Positions 18,506-27,298 of a DNA stretch of 64,000 nucleotides are shown piece after piece. The notes under the pieces were generated by a model, which saw only the letters and a program-made list of their open reading frames with translations, did not search any database and was not told the origin of the DNA. The DNA comes from a virus, in IMG/VR virus record IMGVR_UViG_3300046792_000297, positions 39,955-103,954 of that record. One strand, written 5' to 3'. Both the position numbers and the translations under genes were made by a program. The first letter of the stretch is position 1. Every line of letters starts with the position of its first letter.

Positions 18506-18874
18506 ATGCCGCTTACCAACAAGGGCGAATCAATCTTGAACTCGATGCGCGAAACTTACCCCTCGGAGGCAAAGGCCAAAGAGGTCTTCTATGCCTCAAA
18601 GAACGCACACACCATCAGTGGCGTCGACGCCATGTGCCGCGACGCCGACGAGATCGACGACGTGGGCCAGTCGGTGCTGCACGCGGTCGATGCGGAGTAT
18701 CCCATGCCTGGCCAACTGCCCGGCATCCGCATCAACGAGACGGGCCAGTCGGTGCTGCACGCCATCGACGCGAACGGCGGCGGCAACTCGGGCGCGGTGA
18801 TCTCGCCCACGCCGGAACTGGGCCAGAGCGCCTACCAGCGTGGCGAGGCCATCCCCGAAGCTAAGCGGGATTAG
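18506..18874 (+). CDS. Conserved small phage protein (MPLT.KG...VFYAS.N type) with repeated GQSVLHA(V/I)DA extension
   Basis: GGAGG RBS; recognisable N-terminal motif; two to three internal repeats. Confidence 0.75.
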   Translation: MPLTNKGESILNSMRETYPSEAKAKEVFYASKNAHTISGVDAMCRDADEIDDVGQSVLHAVDAEYPMPGQLPGIRINETGQSVLHAIDANGGGNSGAVISPTPELGQSAYQRGEAIPEAKRD

Positions 18875-18880
18875 CCGTCT

Positions 18881-18940
18881 GCCACGTCGCGCCAACTTGC
18901 GCCATGTCGCGCCAACGAACGCCAACTTGCGCCAACGAAC
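18881..18940. repeat. Six tandem 10-bp GCCA-initiated units
   Basis: gccacgtcgc/gccaacttgc/gccatgtcgc/gccaacgaac/gccaacttgc/gccaacgaac, intergenic. Confidence 0.85.
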
Positions 18941-18960
18941 TCAATAACCAGGAGGTTGTC

Positions 18961-19119
18961 ATGATCGCAGTAATTTTGATCATTCTGGTGTTAATGAATG
19001 GCATTGGGGCATGGGCATCCCCACAACCGGGTTACTACAGGCATGGATGGGGCGTGTTGGGTTTGATTTGCCTAATCCTGTTGATCATCTTGTTACTAAA
19101 GCCAGAGTTGCTCCACTGA
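18961..19119 (+). CDS. Small two-TM hydrophobic peptide
   Basis: GGAGG RBS at 18951; 52 aa, highly hydrophobic, AT-richer than its neighbours. Confidence 0.7.
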   Translation: MIAVILIILVLMNGIGAWASPQPGYYRHGWGVLGLICLILLIILLLKPELLH

Positions 19120-19127
19120 GGGCCGCC

Positions 19128-19493
19128 ATGACGATACAGGCTGGACACTCCGCATTCTCCGATCCACCCGCCGTGACCCATGCGGTCCAGCGCGACGAGC
19201 AGGGGCGCTTCGCCTCAGATGGCATCGGCGCGGGCAACTCCGCCTTGAGCGAACTCGCGCCCATCAATGCTCTACCCGTGCAGGTCTACGAAGCCTCGGA
19301 AAGCGAAGGCCCGCCGTTCGGCAGCGAGGCGGTGATCGAGCGCAGCGACGCGGGCCAGGCGACCAGCGAGCAGGCGGTCGAGCCGCTGATCAGCGCGGCC
19401 AAGGACGAAATGCGTCACCAGGAAGAGGGCTGGGACCCCGCCGGGTCGGCTCCGCAGCCGCTGCGACCGTGGGACGACAGCGCGGCCAAATAA
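19128..19493 (+). CDS. Acidic hypothetical protein with QRDEQGRF motif
   Basis: ATG after GAGG; motif resembles the PRDESGKW/HPRDETGKF motif of the cargo genes. Confidence 0.65.
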   Translation: MTIQAGHSAFSDPPAVTHAVQRDEQGRFASDGIGAGNSALSELAPINALPVQVYEASESEGPPFGSEAVIERSDAGQATSEQAVEPLISAAKDEMRHQEEGWDPAGSAPQPLRPWDDSAAK

Positions 19494-19568
19494 CACCACA
19501 TTAATCATTGTCGAGTAATGTCCTGGGTTCACCGGACGAGCGCCGTGATGCGCCTGGGAGTTGCTTTC

Positions 19569-19751
19569 ATGGATGACCAACGCAAGGTTAGCCCAAACGA
19601 AGTCCGCGCCATGCAGGCGGAACTCGACCGTATGGAGCGCGAAAGCCCCCACCATCCTGAGATCGACGCCCTGCGCAACCGGCTCCAGATTGCCTACCTC
19701 GAACTGGGCGTGCAGGAATTCGGAGGACACCATGCCGATGAATCCGGGTAA
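19569..19751 (+). CDS. Hypothetical helical protein
   Basis: GGGAG RBS before ATG 19569. Confidence 0.55.
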   Translation: MDDQRKVSPNEVRAMQAELDRMERESPHHPEIDALRNRLQIAYLELGVQEFGGHHADESG

Positions 19752-20184
19752 CTCGGCCTTCGAGGCCATGCCGGTCGTCCACGACAACTTCACGTCGCTG
19801 GGGCCGGGCTCCATCCCGGTCACCGACGCCCGCGAGCTTCCCTTCGCGCCGGACTCCCTTCCGGCGCTCGACGCGGGCACCACCGAGGGCGCGAAGAAAG
19901 CCTGGGAGTCGCGCAGCGGCGGCGAGCCGACCACCTCCAAGGGATCGCGCAGCAAAGCCAATTCTGGCCTGGCCACCATCTCGCGCAAGTATCACAACTC
20001 GATTCCGGTACAGGAAATCAACCACGCCCTGACCTCCGCTGGCCTCCAGCCGATGGAAGGCGGAATTTTCACCGGCAAAGAGGGGCGCTCGCACGAACAG
20101 GTTGGCCCCAACACCTGGCTCTCCTTGCAGTGGCACAAGATGGAAGCCACCGGGCGCTGGGAAATCAACGCCTACGTCAGCTAA
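19732..20184 (+). CDS. Hypothetical protein with ALD-AGTTEGAKKAWESR motif
   Basis: GGAGGA RBS; immediately upstream of the protease/scaffold gene. Confidence 0.7.
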   Translation: MPMNPGNSAFEAMPVVHDNFTSLGPGSIPVTDARELPFAPDSLPALDAGTTEGAKKAWESRSGGEPTTSKGSRSKANSGLATISRKYHNSIPVQEINHALTSAGLQPMEGGIFTGKEGRSHEQVGPNTWLSLQWHKMEATGRWEINAYVS

Positions 20185-20216
20185 CCACCACCTACATCTC
20201 TACCGGAGCGTGAGCG

Positions 20217-21884
20217 ATGCCCAAGTATTACTCCCTCATGCTCAGCCCCCACATCTCCAAGACGCCCGAGGGCTACCTGATTTGCCGCGACGTGAACATC
20301 TGCCGCAGCGGCTTTCAGGAGTACCGGGGCAACGAGTTGAGCCGCTTCCCCGGCTACGAGCATAGCTGGAACCTGGACCCCGGCCAGACCTACAAGGTCT
20401 ACCGGCCCAAGGAAGAAGTGCTCAACCCCGACACGATGGCCAGCTTCGAAGGCAAGACCGTGGTCAACGAGCACCCGGACGGCGACGCGGTCTACATCGA
20501 CAACGATGGCGAACTGAATTGCGGCCACATCCAGGGCGTGCATCGCGGGCCGGACCTGCCGCCCAGCGAAGACCTGCCCGAAGGCGCAGTCACCTTGCAG
20601 GGCGACCTGCATGTCAAGGACCCGGAACTGGTCGAGAAGATTTGGCCAGCGGGCGACCCGGAGAACGGAGTCCGCGACATCAGTTGCGGCTACTCACTGA
20701 GGCTCAAGCGTCTGGCGGACGGGACGCTTGTCATGACCCACATTCGCGGGAATCACGTGGCTGTGGTCGAGAAAGGCCGCGCGGGAAGTCTGATCGCTAT
20801 TCAAGATTCCGCGCCGCAAGCCAAGGCGGAAATCCTGGTTGCGATCTGCGACTCGGCACCGCCCGAAATCAAACAACAGCGGAGGAAAATCATGACCATC
20901 AAAGAATTGATTTTCGGGCGAGGGGTCAAAGCCATGATGCCAGATGCCAGCCCGGAAGAGGTCAGCGCCGTCCTCAAGGACCTGGAGGATGACAAGAACG
21001 GGCACAAGCCTGTAGCCAAGGACTCACTCACCAAACAGGACGAACTGGCCTCCGAACACCCTCACCGGGTCGCGGCTCATGCGGCGCTCGACCGCTGCAT
21101 GGACGCTCGCGGGAGCGCGGACGGTATGGGCAAGGACGCCTTCGGCAAGCCTTCCCATCTGAACCAACTCAAGAAGGAACTGCTCAAGTTCATCGAGGAA
21201 GAGGAGGCTGCGGAGGAAACCAAGCCGCCCGGCGAAGAGGGCAAACCTGCGCCCGCCACCGCCGCGCCGCCGCCCGCTGCACCACCCGCCGAAGCTGCGC
21301 CGCCTGCCAAGCCAGAAGAAGAGGATGCCGCGCCGCCCGAAGAAGCCAAGCCGGAGATCGAAGAACTGGCCGAAGGCGAAGGCGCGGAGGCGGAAGCTCC
21401 GCCGGAGGAAGCCGGTACTGCGCCGCCCGAGGAAGAGAGCGAGGATCGCGGGCCGGAAGGCAACGAAGAGCCGCCGGAGGAAGGCGACGAGGAAGAGGAA
21501 GAAGCCAACGACGCCGAAGTGACCGAGAAGGGCGAGAGTGTGCTCAAGCAGGCCAACGATTCAGTGCGGGCCTACATTCGCGCCACCAAGCCGGTGATCG
21601 CCGCCATCGTGGCCAAGCCCAAGAGCAAGCGCAGCCCCAAAGAGGTCCTGATGGTGGACAGCTACAACCGGGCCGTGCGCGGGGTCAATGCGGCGGGTCC
21701 GGCCTACCGCGTGCTGGCTAAGGTCAAGGTGCCGCCCCGCATTCCGGCACTGGCCGTCGACGCCGAGAAGGCTCGCACGGAAGCCAAGGCCGAAACCGAT
21801 TTGATCGCGAGTTTTTACGAAGGGGTGCCGTGGAATAAGGGCAAGGAACGCCACGACCTCTATCTCACTACGAAGGGAAAATAA
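20217..21884 (+). CDS. DUF2213-family prohead protease/scaffold
   Basis: TPEGYLIC, R.G.QEY, YRP.EEV, SFEGK.V..EHP, ISCGY, IRGNHVAVV..GRAG; acidic scaffold C-terminus. Confidence 0.92.
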   Translation: MPKYYSLMLSPHISKTPEGYLICRDVNICRSGFQEYRGNELSRFPGYEHSWNLDPGQTYKVYRPKEEVLNPDTMASFEGKTVVNEHPDGDAVYIDNDGELNCGHIQGVHRGPDLPPSEDLPEGAVTLQGDLHVKDPELVEKIWPAGDPENGVRDISCGYSLRLKRLADGTLVMTHIRGNHVAVVEKGRAGSLIAIQDSAPQAKAEILVAICDSAPPEIKQQRRKIMTIKELIFGRGVKAMMPDASPEEVSAVLKDLEDDKNGHKPVAKDSLTKQDELASEHPHRVAAHAALDRCMDARGSADGMGKDAFGKPSHLNQLKKELLKFIEEEEAAEETKPPGEEGKPAPATAAPPPAAPPAEAAPPAKPEEEDAAPPEEAKPEIEELAEGEGAEAEAPPEEAGTAPPEEESEDRGPEGNEEPPEEGDEEEEEANDAEVTEKGESVLKQANDSVRAYIRATKPVIAAIVAKPKSKRSPKEVLMVDSYNRAVRGVNAAGPAYRVLAKVKVPPRIPALAVDAEKARTEAKAETDLIASFYEGVPWNKGKERHDLYLTTKGK

Positions 21885-21887
21885 ACC

Positions 21888-22448
21888 ATGCCCGCAACTG
21901 TCATTCCAGTAAAGGGACTCAAACTTGGCTTCGTTGGGAATATCAGTAATGAGGGCTATTCCCTTCGCACGCCGCGCATGGTCAAGGCCGCCGATCCGAA
22001 TCCTATCGCGTTCGGTGAGACCGTGACCGTCAACTCCGACAACACCTACTCCAGCATCAAGAGTTTCGTCGCGGCGGCGGGCACGGTCCTCGCCACCACG
22101 CCGCTGGGCATTGCCGTGTCGAACGTGAACATCAACCCGGTCTACGCCACCACGGGTTCCGGCAACCTGCTCACGGGCGGCGGCAAGTACAACCAGGGCG
22201 AGATCGCCGACGTGCTGGTCAAGGGTACGGTGAATGTTTACTGCGCCAACGGTGCGCCCACCGCCAACGGCAACGTCTACATCCGGGTCGCGCTGAACGG
22301 CGCGATTCCCAACGGCGTCATCGGCGGCCTGGAAGCGGCAGCCGACGCAGCCAACTCCGTCCTGCTCACCAACCTGAAGTGGAAGACCGGGTACATCGAA
22401 GACGATGGCTCTTGCCAGGTCACCATCCTCAACCGCTTCATCCCCTAA
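21888..22448 (+). CDS. Capsid cement/decoration protein
   Basis: Between scaffold and capsid; GF.G, I.FG.V, V...G.V.V, VY.R motifs. Confidence 0.8.
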   Translation: MPATVIPVKGLKLGFVGNISNEGYSLRTPRMVKAADPNPIAFGETVTVNSDNTYSSIKSFVAAAGTVLATTPLGIAVSNVNINPVYATTGSGNLLTGGGKYNQGEIADVLVKGTVNVYCANGAPTANGNVYIRVALNGAIPNGVIGGLEAAADAANSVLLTNLKWKTGYIEDDGSCQVTILNRFIP

Positions 22449-22511
22449 TCGCGGGCAGTAAAAGCGGGCCGCGTTCGCGGTCCGCCACTTCATTGAAGGA
22501 GAAACGAAGCA

Positions 22512-23537
22512 ATGACTCCCAAAGAGTATCAGCAGTCGCTTGCTGCCCTGCGAAGTGGTCAGGTCTTGTCCGATGCCGCGCAAGCGGCCACGGGCCAGAC
22601 ATTCCTGATGGCAGAGTTGAGCAAGCTGGACCCGGTGGTACGGCTACCACTGGAGAATTACACCTACCTGCGCGACATTCCGCTGGACAAGGGCGGCGGC
22701 TGGGTAATGAACCACATCGCGCACAACGTGGATTTTCGCGGGCCACGTGATGCCGGAGCAGGCTCGCAGACCAACGACTCGCGGGTGATCGAGTACAACG
22801 TCAACCAGGACACCTGGCCGGTTTATCCCTACCAGGTCCGCATTCGGATTCCCATCGTGGAGTCCCTGCGCATGGCCCAGGTAGGGCGTTCTCCCCAGGA
22901 CCTGCTCGACAAGGGCGTCCGCGTCGACTATTCGAAGACGCTCGACACCCGCACCTACCAGGGCTTCCAGGGCGGCGTCAGCGGCGGAACTAATTATTAT
23001 GGGCTGATCGGCAACCCCGCCGTTACCGTGACCGCGCTGCCCAACACCGGCACCGGCTCGACCCTCACCTGGTCGACCAAGAACGCCAGCCAGATTCTGG
23101 GCGACTTCAACTTCATGGCGCTCACCATCTGGAACGCGTCCGGCAACGCGCCCGGTGCCATGCCCACGCGCTTCCTGGTGCCGCCCACGCAGTGGGTGCT
23201 GCTCACCCAGCCGATGGCTGTGGTGGGCGGACCGTCGGGCTACGCGTCCATCCTCGACTACATCGAGAAGAACTACCTCGGTGCGGCCTTCGGGGTGAAG
23301 CCGGAAATCTATCCGCTGCCGGTGTGGCTGGACAACGCCGGGCCGGGACCGAGCCAGTTGATCATCGCCTACAAGTACGACAAGGACTGCCTGTCGCTGG
23401 GCATTCCCCAGGAGATCACCCGCTTCGGCGCTCCGCCGTCCATCGTGTCGGGCTGCTTCGAGTTCCTCTACCTCGCCAACATCGGCGTGGTCAAGGTGAA
23501 CCGGCCCTCCACAATAGGCGGATTCTACGGCTGCTGA
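22512..23537 (+). CDS. Major capsid protein (DUF2184-like)
   Basis: 341 aa; FL..EL.KLDP....PL...TY.RDI, GL...P, W..K...I..D motifs; position. Confidence 0.9.
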   Translation: MTPKEYQQSLAALRSGQVLSDAAQAATGQTFLMAELSKLDPVVRLPLENYTYLRDIPLDKGGGWVMNHIAHNVDFRGPRDAGAGSQTNDSRVIEYNVNQDTWPVYPYQVRIRIPIVESLRMAQVGRSPQDLLDKGVRVDYSKTLDTRTYQGFQGGVSGGTNYYGLIGNPAVTVTALPNTGTGSTLTWSTKNASQILGDFNFMALTIWNASGNAPGAMPTRFLVPPTQWVLLTQPMAVVGGPSGYASILDYIEKNYLGAAFGVKPEIYPLPVWLDNAGPGPSQLIIAYKYDKDCLSLGIPQEITRFGAPPSIVSGCFEFLYLANIGVVKVNRPSTIGGFYGC

Positions 23538-23616
23538 GTAACACTCACTTGCCGCCCGTCATGCAAGTTCAACGGGATGGGCTAGGTCTGCGCCTGGCCC
23601 ATCGAGGAGACTGCTC

Positions 23617-24147
23617 ATGCAAATTCGAGCGCACGCCAGCGTCAATCTCTGGACCGCCGACACGGTGGCCTACCCGTTCGGCCTCGTTCACGTGGAGAAG
23701 GACACCGTCGCCACGGTGCCGGACGACGTCATCGACTATAAGGGGTACTCCCTGCTGGTACAGGCGGGCGATATAGTCGTAGTTTCGCCGCCGGGCGGCG
23801 GCCCTCCCCCGGAAGTTCCCAGCGGCGAGCCCAGCGAAACAAACCAAGTCCAGTGGGATGTCAAGGAAGCGGATACCGACATCGCGCTGGTGACCGCGCC
23901 GTCCACCGCCGTGGTGGTCGGCAGCGTGTTCCTGATCGACCTGGAATACATGACCGTCGGCGACATCTCCAACGTCGATAACCCCGGCGTGACTCGTGGG
24001 ACCTATAGCTCGACCGTCACCACGCACACGGCGGGCACTCCAGTCACGATCTGGGGCGGGGTCGTACCCCCACCTACGACCAGCGCCGCCAGCGCCAGCA
24101 GCAGCAAGCATACGGTGGTGGTGGCGGCCAAGGCGGGAAAGAAATAA
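23617..24147 (+). CDS. Small structural protein with ID.E...RG..H..G beta domain
   Basis: GAGGAG RBS; follows the capsid gene; domain shared with 39778-40596. Confidence 0.7.
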   Translation: MQIRAHASVNLWTADTVAYPFGLVHVEKDTVATVPDDVIDYKGYSLLVQAGDIVVVSPPGGGPPPEVPSGEPSETNQVQWDVKEADTDIALVTAPSTAVVVGSVFLIDLEYMTVGDISNVDNPGVTRGTYSSTVTTHTAGTPVTIWGGVVPPPTTSAASASSSKHTVVVAAKAGKK

Positions 24148-24150
24148 GCC

Positions 24151-24894
24151 ATGTGGCCGGACATCAATGGCTTCTACGACATGATCTACGGGGCGGGCGG
24201 CGTCGACCTGGGGGCGCTGACCGTCTGGCAGTTCGGCTACGCCAGCGGGCGCGTGTTCAACAACAACCCGCCCTTCACGGCCACCGACATGATTCCGTTC
24301 GCGCCGCAGTTATTCGGTTCGCCCACCAGCGTGACGTGCACGGTCAGTGCCGGTTCGAGCACCATCCTGATCACGAATACGACCGGCCTGGCGGTAGGAC
24401 AACTGGTGGTCAACCTGTCCAGTATTCCCAAGGATTCGGTGATTACCAACGTCTCGGCCAACGTCTCGATCACGATCTCGAACCTGGCGACCGCGCCGGA
24501 CACCAATGTATCGGTGTTCACCGCGCCCGCCATGCCGCTGGTGGTCATGCTGTGGTTCATCTACTTCGCGATGGCCAGCGTGATGAAGGCTCGCTACGAG
24601 GAGATGTGGACCTGGGCGATGTGCTGCTTCGTGGGCCACTACTGCATGATGTGGATGCAAACCTTGCCGGTGGGCGGAACCTCGGTGCCCAGCGGCCCGG
24701 CGGGCATCGGGCAGATCGTGTCGGCGGGCCTGGCGCAAGGCATCGCCACCGCGCAGTCGGCGGGCGACGTGAGCTTCAGCAGCCAGCCGCTGGCGGGCTT
24801 TGAGGACTGGGGCAGTTGGCAGTCCACGCAATACGGGCAAATGTTTGTCACGCTGGCCAAGGCCACGTGCGCGGGGCCGATATGGGTACAGTGA
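24151..24894 (+). CDS. Head-tail adaptor (DUF4054-like)
   Basis: F.GH, S.GDVS.S, W..TQYG..F motifs. Confidence 0.85.
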   Translation: MWPDINGFYDMIYGAGGVDLGALTVWQFGYASGRVFNNNPPFTATDMIPFAPQLFGSPTSVTCTVSAGSSTILITNTTGLAVGQLVVNLSSIPKDSVITNVSANVSITISNLATAPDTNVSVFTAPAMPLVVMLWFIYFAMASVMKARYEEMWTWAMCCFVGHYCMMWMQTLPVGGTSVPSGPAGIGQIVSAGLAQGIATAQSAGDVSFSSQPLAGFEDWGSWQSTQYGQMFVTLAKATCAGPIWVQ

Positions 24895-25067
24895 CGGATC
24901 AGTGGATGGTGGCGCGGCGGGACGGGCGGGAGTTGGAGGAGTACCACCGGTTCTACGACTCGGAGGAGCAGGCGCAGGCTGCCCGGCCCAACAATGATTA
25001 TTTGGTCGAGCCGGTCACCGTGGTGCGCTACCAGTTGAGCGAGGAGCCGCCGTGGCCCAACACCTGA
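24891..25067 (+). CDS. Hypothetical protein
   Basis: GTGA overlap with the adaptor stop; 58 aa. Confidence 0.5.
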   Translation: MTDQWMVARRDGRELEEYHRFYDSEEQAQAARPNNDYLVEPVTVVRYQLSEEPPWPNT

Positions 25068-25960
25068 CCGGGCCGTCCAAGAACTGGTATTCCCAGCCGC
25101 CCATCGTCAGCACCCGGACCAGCAGCGCCCTGCAAATCGGACGGGCCATCCAGCAGGCCAGCCGCATGGCCGTCTACGTGGGCATCCCGGCGACCTCGGA
25201 TGCGGAGCGGATCAGCCAGTTGCTGGCGCTGGCGGGCAAGATCACCAGCAAGAGCAAACGCTCCAGCAAGCGCCGCGACCGCATCCGCAAACTGGCCAGC
25301 GACACCAAGGTCAATAACGCCGAACTGCTCTACATCCACAGCAAGGGCTCGCCGCTGAGGAAGATTCCGGCGCGGCCCGTGCTCGAACCGGCCATCGCCG
25401 CGTCGGGCAACCGGGAAGCCATCGCGGCGGAACTGGCGGCGGCTCTCAAGGCGGCTATCGAGCAGAACACGGTCGAGGCCGTGCGGCGCATGAAACGTGC
25501 AGGCGTGGCGGGGCAGAATGCGGCGCGCGGCTGGTTCACCGACTCGCGCAACAACTGGCAGGCCAACGCGCCCTCGACCATCCGCCAAAAAGGCAGCGAG
25601 CGGCCCCTGATCGACACGGGAGCCATGCGCCAGGCGATCACTTACGTGCTCGATGTGACCTCGCTCAAGGACATCAAGAAGGAAAAGGAAGAAGAGAGGA
25701 AAAAGAAGAAGGAGCAGCCGGTCAAGGAAGAGAAGCCGGACACCAAGCCGCTGGGCAAACTGAGCGAGCAGCCTGTGGGGCTGGTCGAGAATGCGGCAGG
25801 CATCGCTGCCCAGCAGGCAGGCGAAGCTGTCCAGGGCACCGGAGAAGTGTTCGGAGAGGCGGCGGAAGGTATCGGCGCAGCCGTGGAAGGCGCAATCGCA
25901 ACGGTGGAGGGCGCACTGGGGGCTCTCGGCGAAGGCGCACTCGGCTTGTTGGCGTTGTGA
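25052..25960 (+). CDS. Neck/tail-completion protein
   Basis: V.VGIP, NA.L.YIH..G, IPARP, NAPSTI..KG..PLIDTG; unusual K/E then G/A-rich tail. Confidence 0.82.
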   Translation: MAQHLTGPSKNWYSQPPIVSTRTSSALQIGRAIQQASRMAVYVGIPATSDAERISQLLALAGKITSKSKRSSKRRDRIRKLASDTKVNNAELLYIHSKGSPLRKIPARPVLEPAIAASGNREAIAAELAAALKAAIEQNTVEAVRRMKRAGVAGQNAARGWFTDSRNNWQANAPSTIRQKGSERPLIDTGAMRQAITYVLDVTSLKDIKKEKEEERKKKKEQPVKEEKPDTKPLGKLSEQPVGLVENAAGIAAQQAGEAVQGTGEVFGEAAEGIGAAVEGAIATVEGALGALGEGALGLLAL

Positions 25961-25973
25961 AGGGCGGCGGACG

Positions 25974-26399
25974 ATGGGACGAATCAACCTGTCGCGCGTA
26001 GTCTCCAACCCGATGATGGCCGAGAACTATACCATCCGGCGCTCGGTGGGTTCGTTTGTGCTGGGCGGCTGGCAGAAGTCGTGGAGTGTGGTTGCAGGCT
26101 ACGGCGTGATCTCCAACGCCTCGGATGAGGACCTGGAGATGATTCCCGAGGGCGACCGCGTAACCGGCGCAATCGTGGTGCATTCGGTCGACCGGATTTA
26201 CATCACGTCGTCCGAGGTCGAGGGCGGTGGCTACAGCGAGCAGCCGTTCAGCACCAGCGGCTACGGCGGCGGCGAGGTCATGGAGTACATCAGCGACCAG
26301 GTGGTGTGGAACAACCAGACCTACCGCATCCTGCATGTCGGCCCCTACCCCAACCGTGGCTACTGGAAGGGGATCGCGGTCAAGATGCGCGGTCACTAA
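25974..26399 (+). CDS. Head-closure/neck protein
   Basis: DL...PEGDR, D.V.W....Y.I..V..Y...GY motifs; position. Confidence 0.75.
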   Translation: MGRINLSRVVSNPMMAENYTIRRSVGSFVLGGWQKSWSVVAGYGVISNASDEDLEMIPEGDRVTGAIVVHSVDRIYITSSEVEGGGYSEQPFSTSGYGGGEVMEYISDQVVWNNQTYRILHVGPYPNRGYWKGIAVKMRGH

Positions 26400-26410
26400 G
26401 GAGCACCGTC

Positions 26411-27268
26411 ATGAGCGTGATCACTTACCCCGACGGGAGCACGCTAACCTCGACCGCGCTCACCAAGAATCAGATTGAGACTTTGCTTCAGGTGCTCACT
26501 TGCCAACTGCTGGGTATCGTGGCGATGCCGTGGACCGTGAGTTTCGTCGTGACCGCCGGAGAGGCGGTTGGCACCACGGCCAGCTTGACCAATCTTTATG
26601 CCGGGCAAGTGATCAGTTGCCCCGGTCTGCCGCCGGGCACGCGGTTAAACTCGGTCGAGCCCATCAACCGCCAACTCTACTTCAGCAATCCCGCGACCGC
26701 GACCGGGAACCAGTACGGCACGGTGGTCGATCCGCTGGCGTTCTCCAAGGTGCGGATCGGCTGGCAACAGCAAGGGCAAGCGGGTTGGGGAGTGAACGAC
26801 GACATCGCCTTTGTGCGCTGTACTCCAGTCGACGCCGACTACTCTCGCGGGCGCGATGGCGACACTATCGATACGCCCGAGGGAACCAAGATTCTGCAAA
26901 GCGACAACTACACCCGTCAATGGCGGACTGCCTGGTGCTTCTATGGGCCGAACAGCATCGACTCCGCCCGCGCGGTGCGGGCCGCGCTGGGCCGGGCGAG
27001 CTTCGCCGATACGGCGCTCGCCGCGATGGGCCTGTATGTCAACCCTTCCATCGCCGAGATCACGCGCGTGCCGGAAATGTTTCAGGGCCAGTGGTGGGAG
27101 CGCGTCGACCTGGCGGCGATCTTCAATGAGGACATCCGCGAAACGGTGGAAGTGAATGCGGTGGCCTCGGTCGAAGTGTTCGGCTTCATCCGCCAAGGCC
27201 AGTTTACTGACGTCACGGTGACGGCGGCTACGGCGGCGGCGCACAAGGACGACGGTACATTTTCTTAA
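26411..27268 (+). CDS. Neck terminator / tail terminator
   Basis: VR..WQ, FYGPN, R.PE...GQW.ER.DL; directly before the sheath gene. Confidence 0.78.
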   Translation: MSVITYPDGSTLTSTALTKNQIETLLQVLTCQLLGIVAMPWTVSFVVTAGEAVGTTASLTNLYAGQVISCPGLPPGTRLNSVEPINRQLYFSNPATATGNQYGTVVDPLAFSKVRIGWQQQGQAGWGVNDDIAFVRCTPVDADYSRGRDGDTIDTPEGTKILQSDNYTRQWRTAWCFYGPNSIDSARAVRAALGRASFADTALAAMGLYVNPSIAEITRVPEMFQGQWWERVDLAAIFNEDIRETVEVNAVASVEVFGFIRQGQFTDVTVTAATAAAHKDDGTFS

Positions 27269-27298
27269 CCAGAATTCACACACCGAAGGAGCAAGGCC

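Noticed and set aside
18881-18940. CRISPR array
   Set aside because: Units are 10 bp and contiguous with no spacers; no cas genes were seen.
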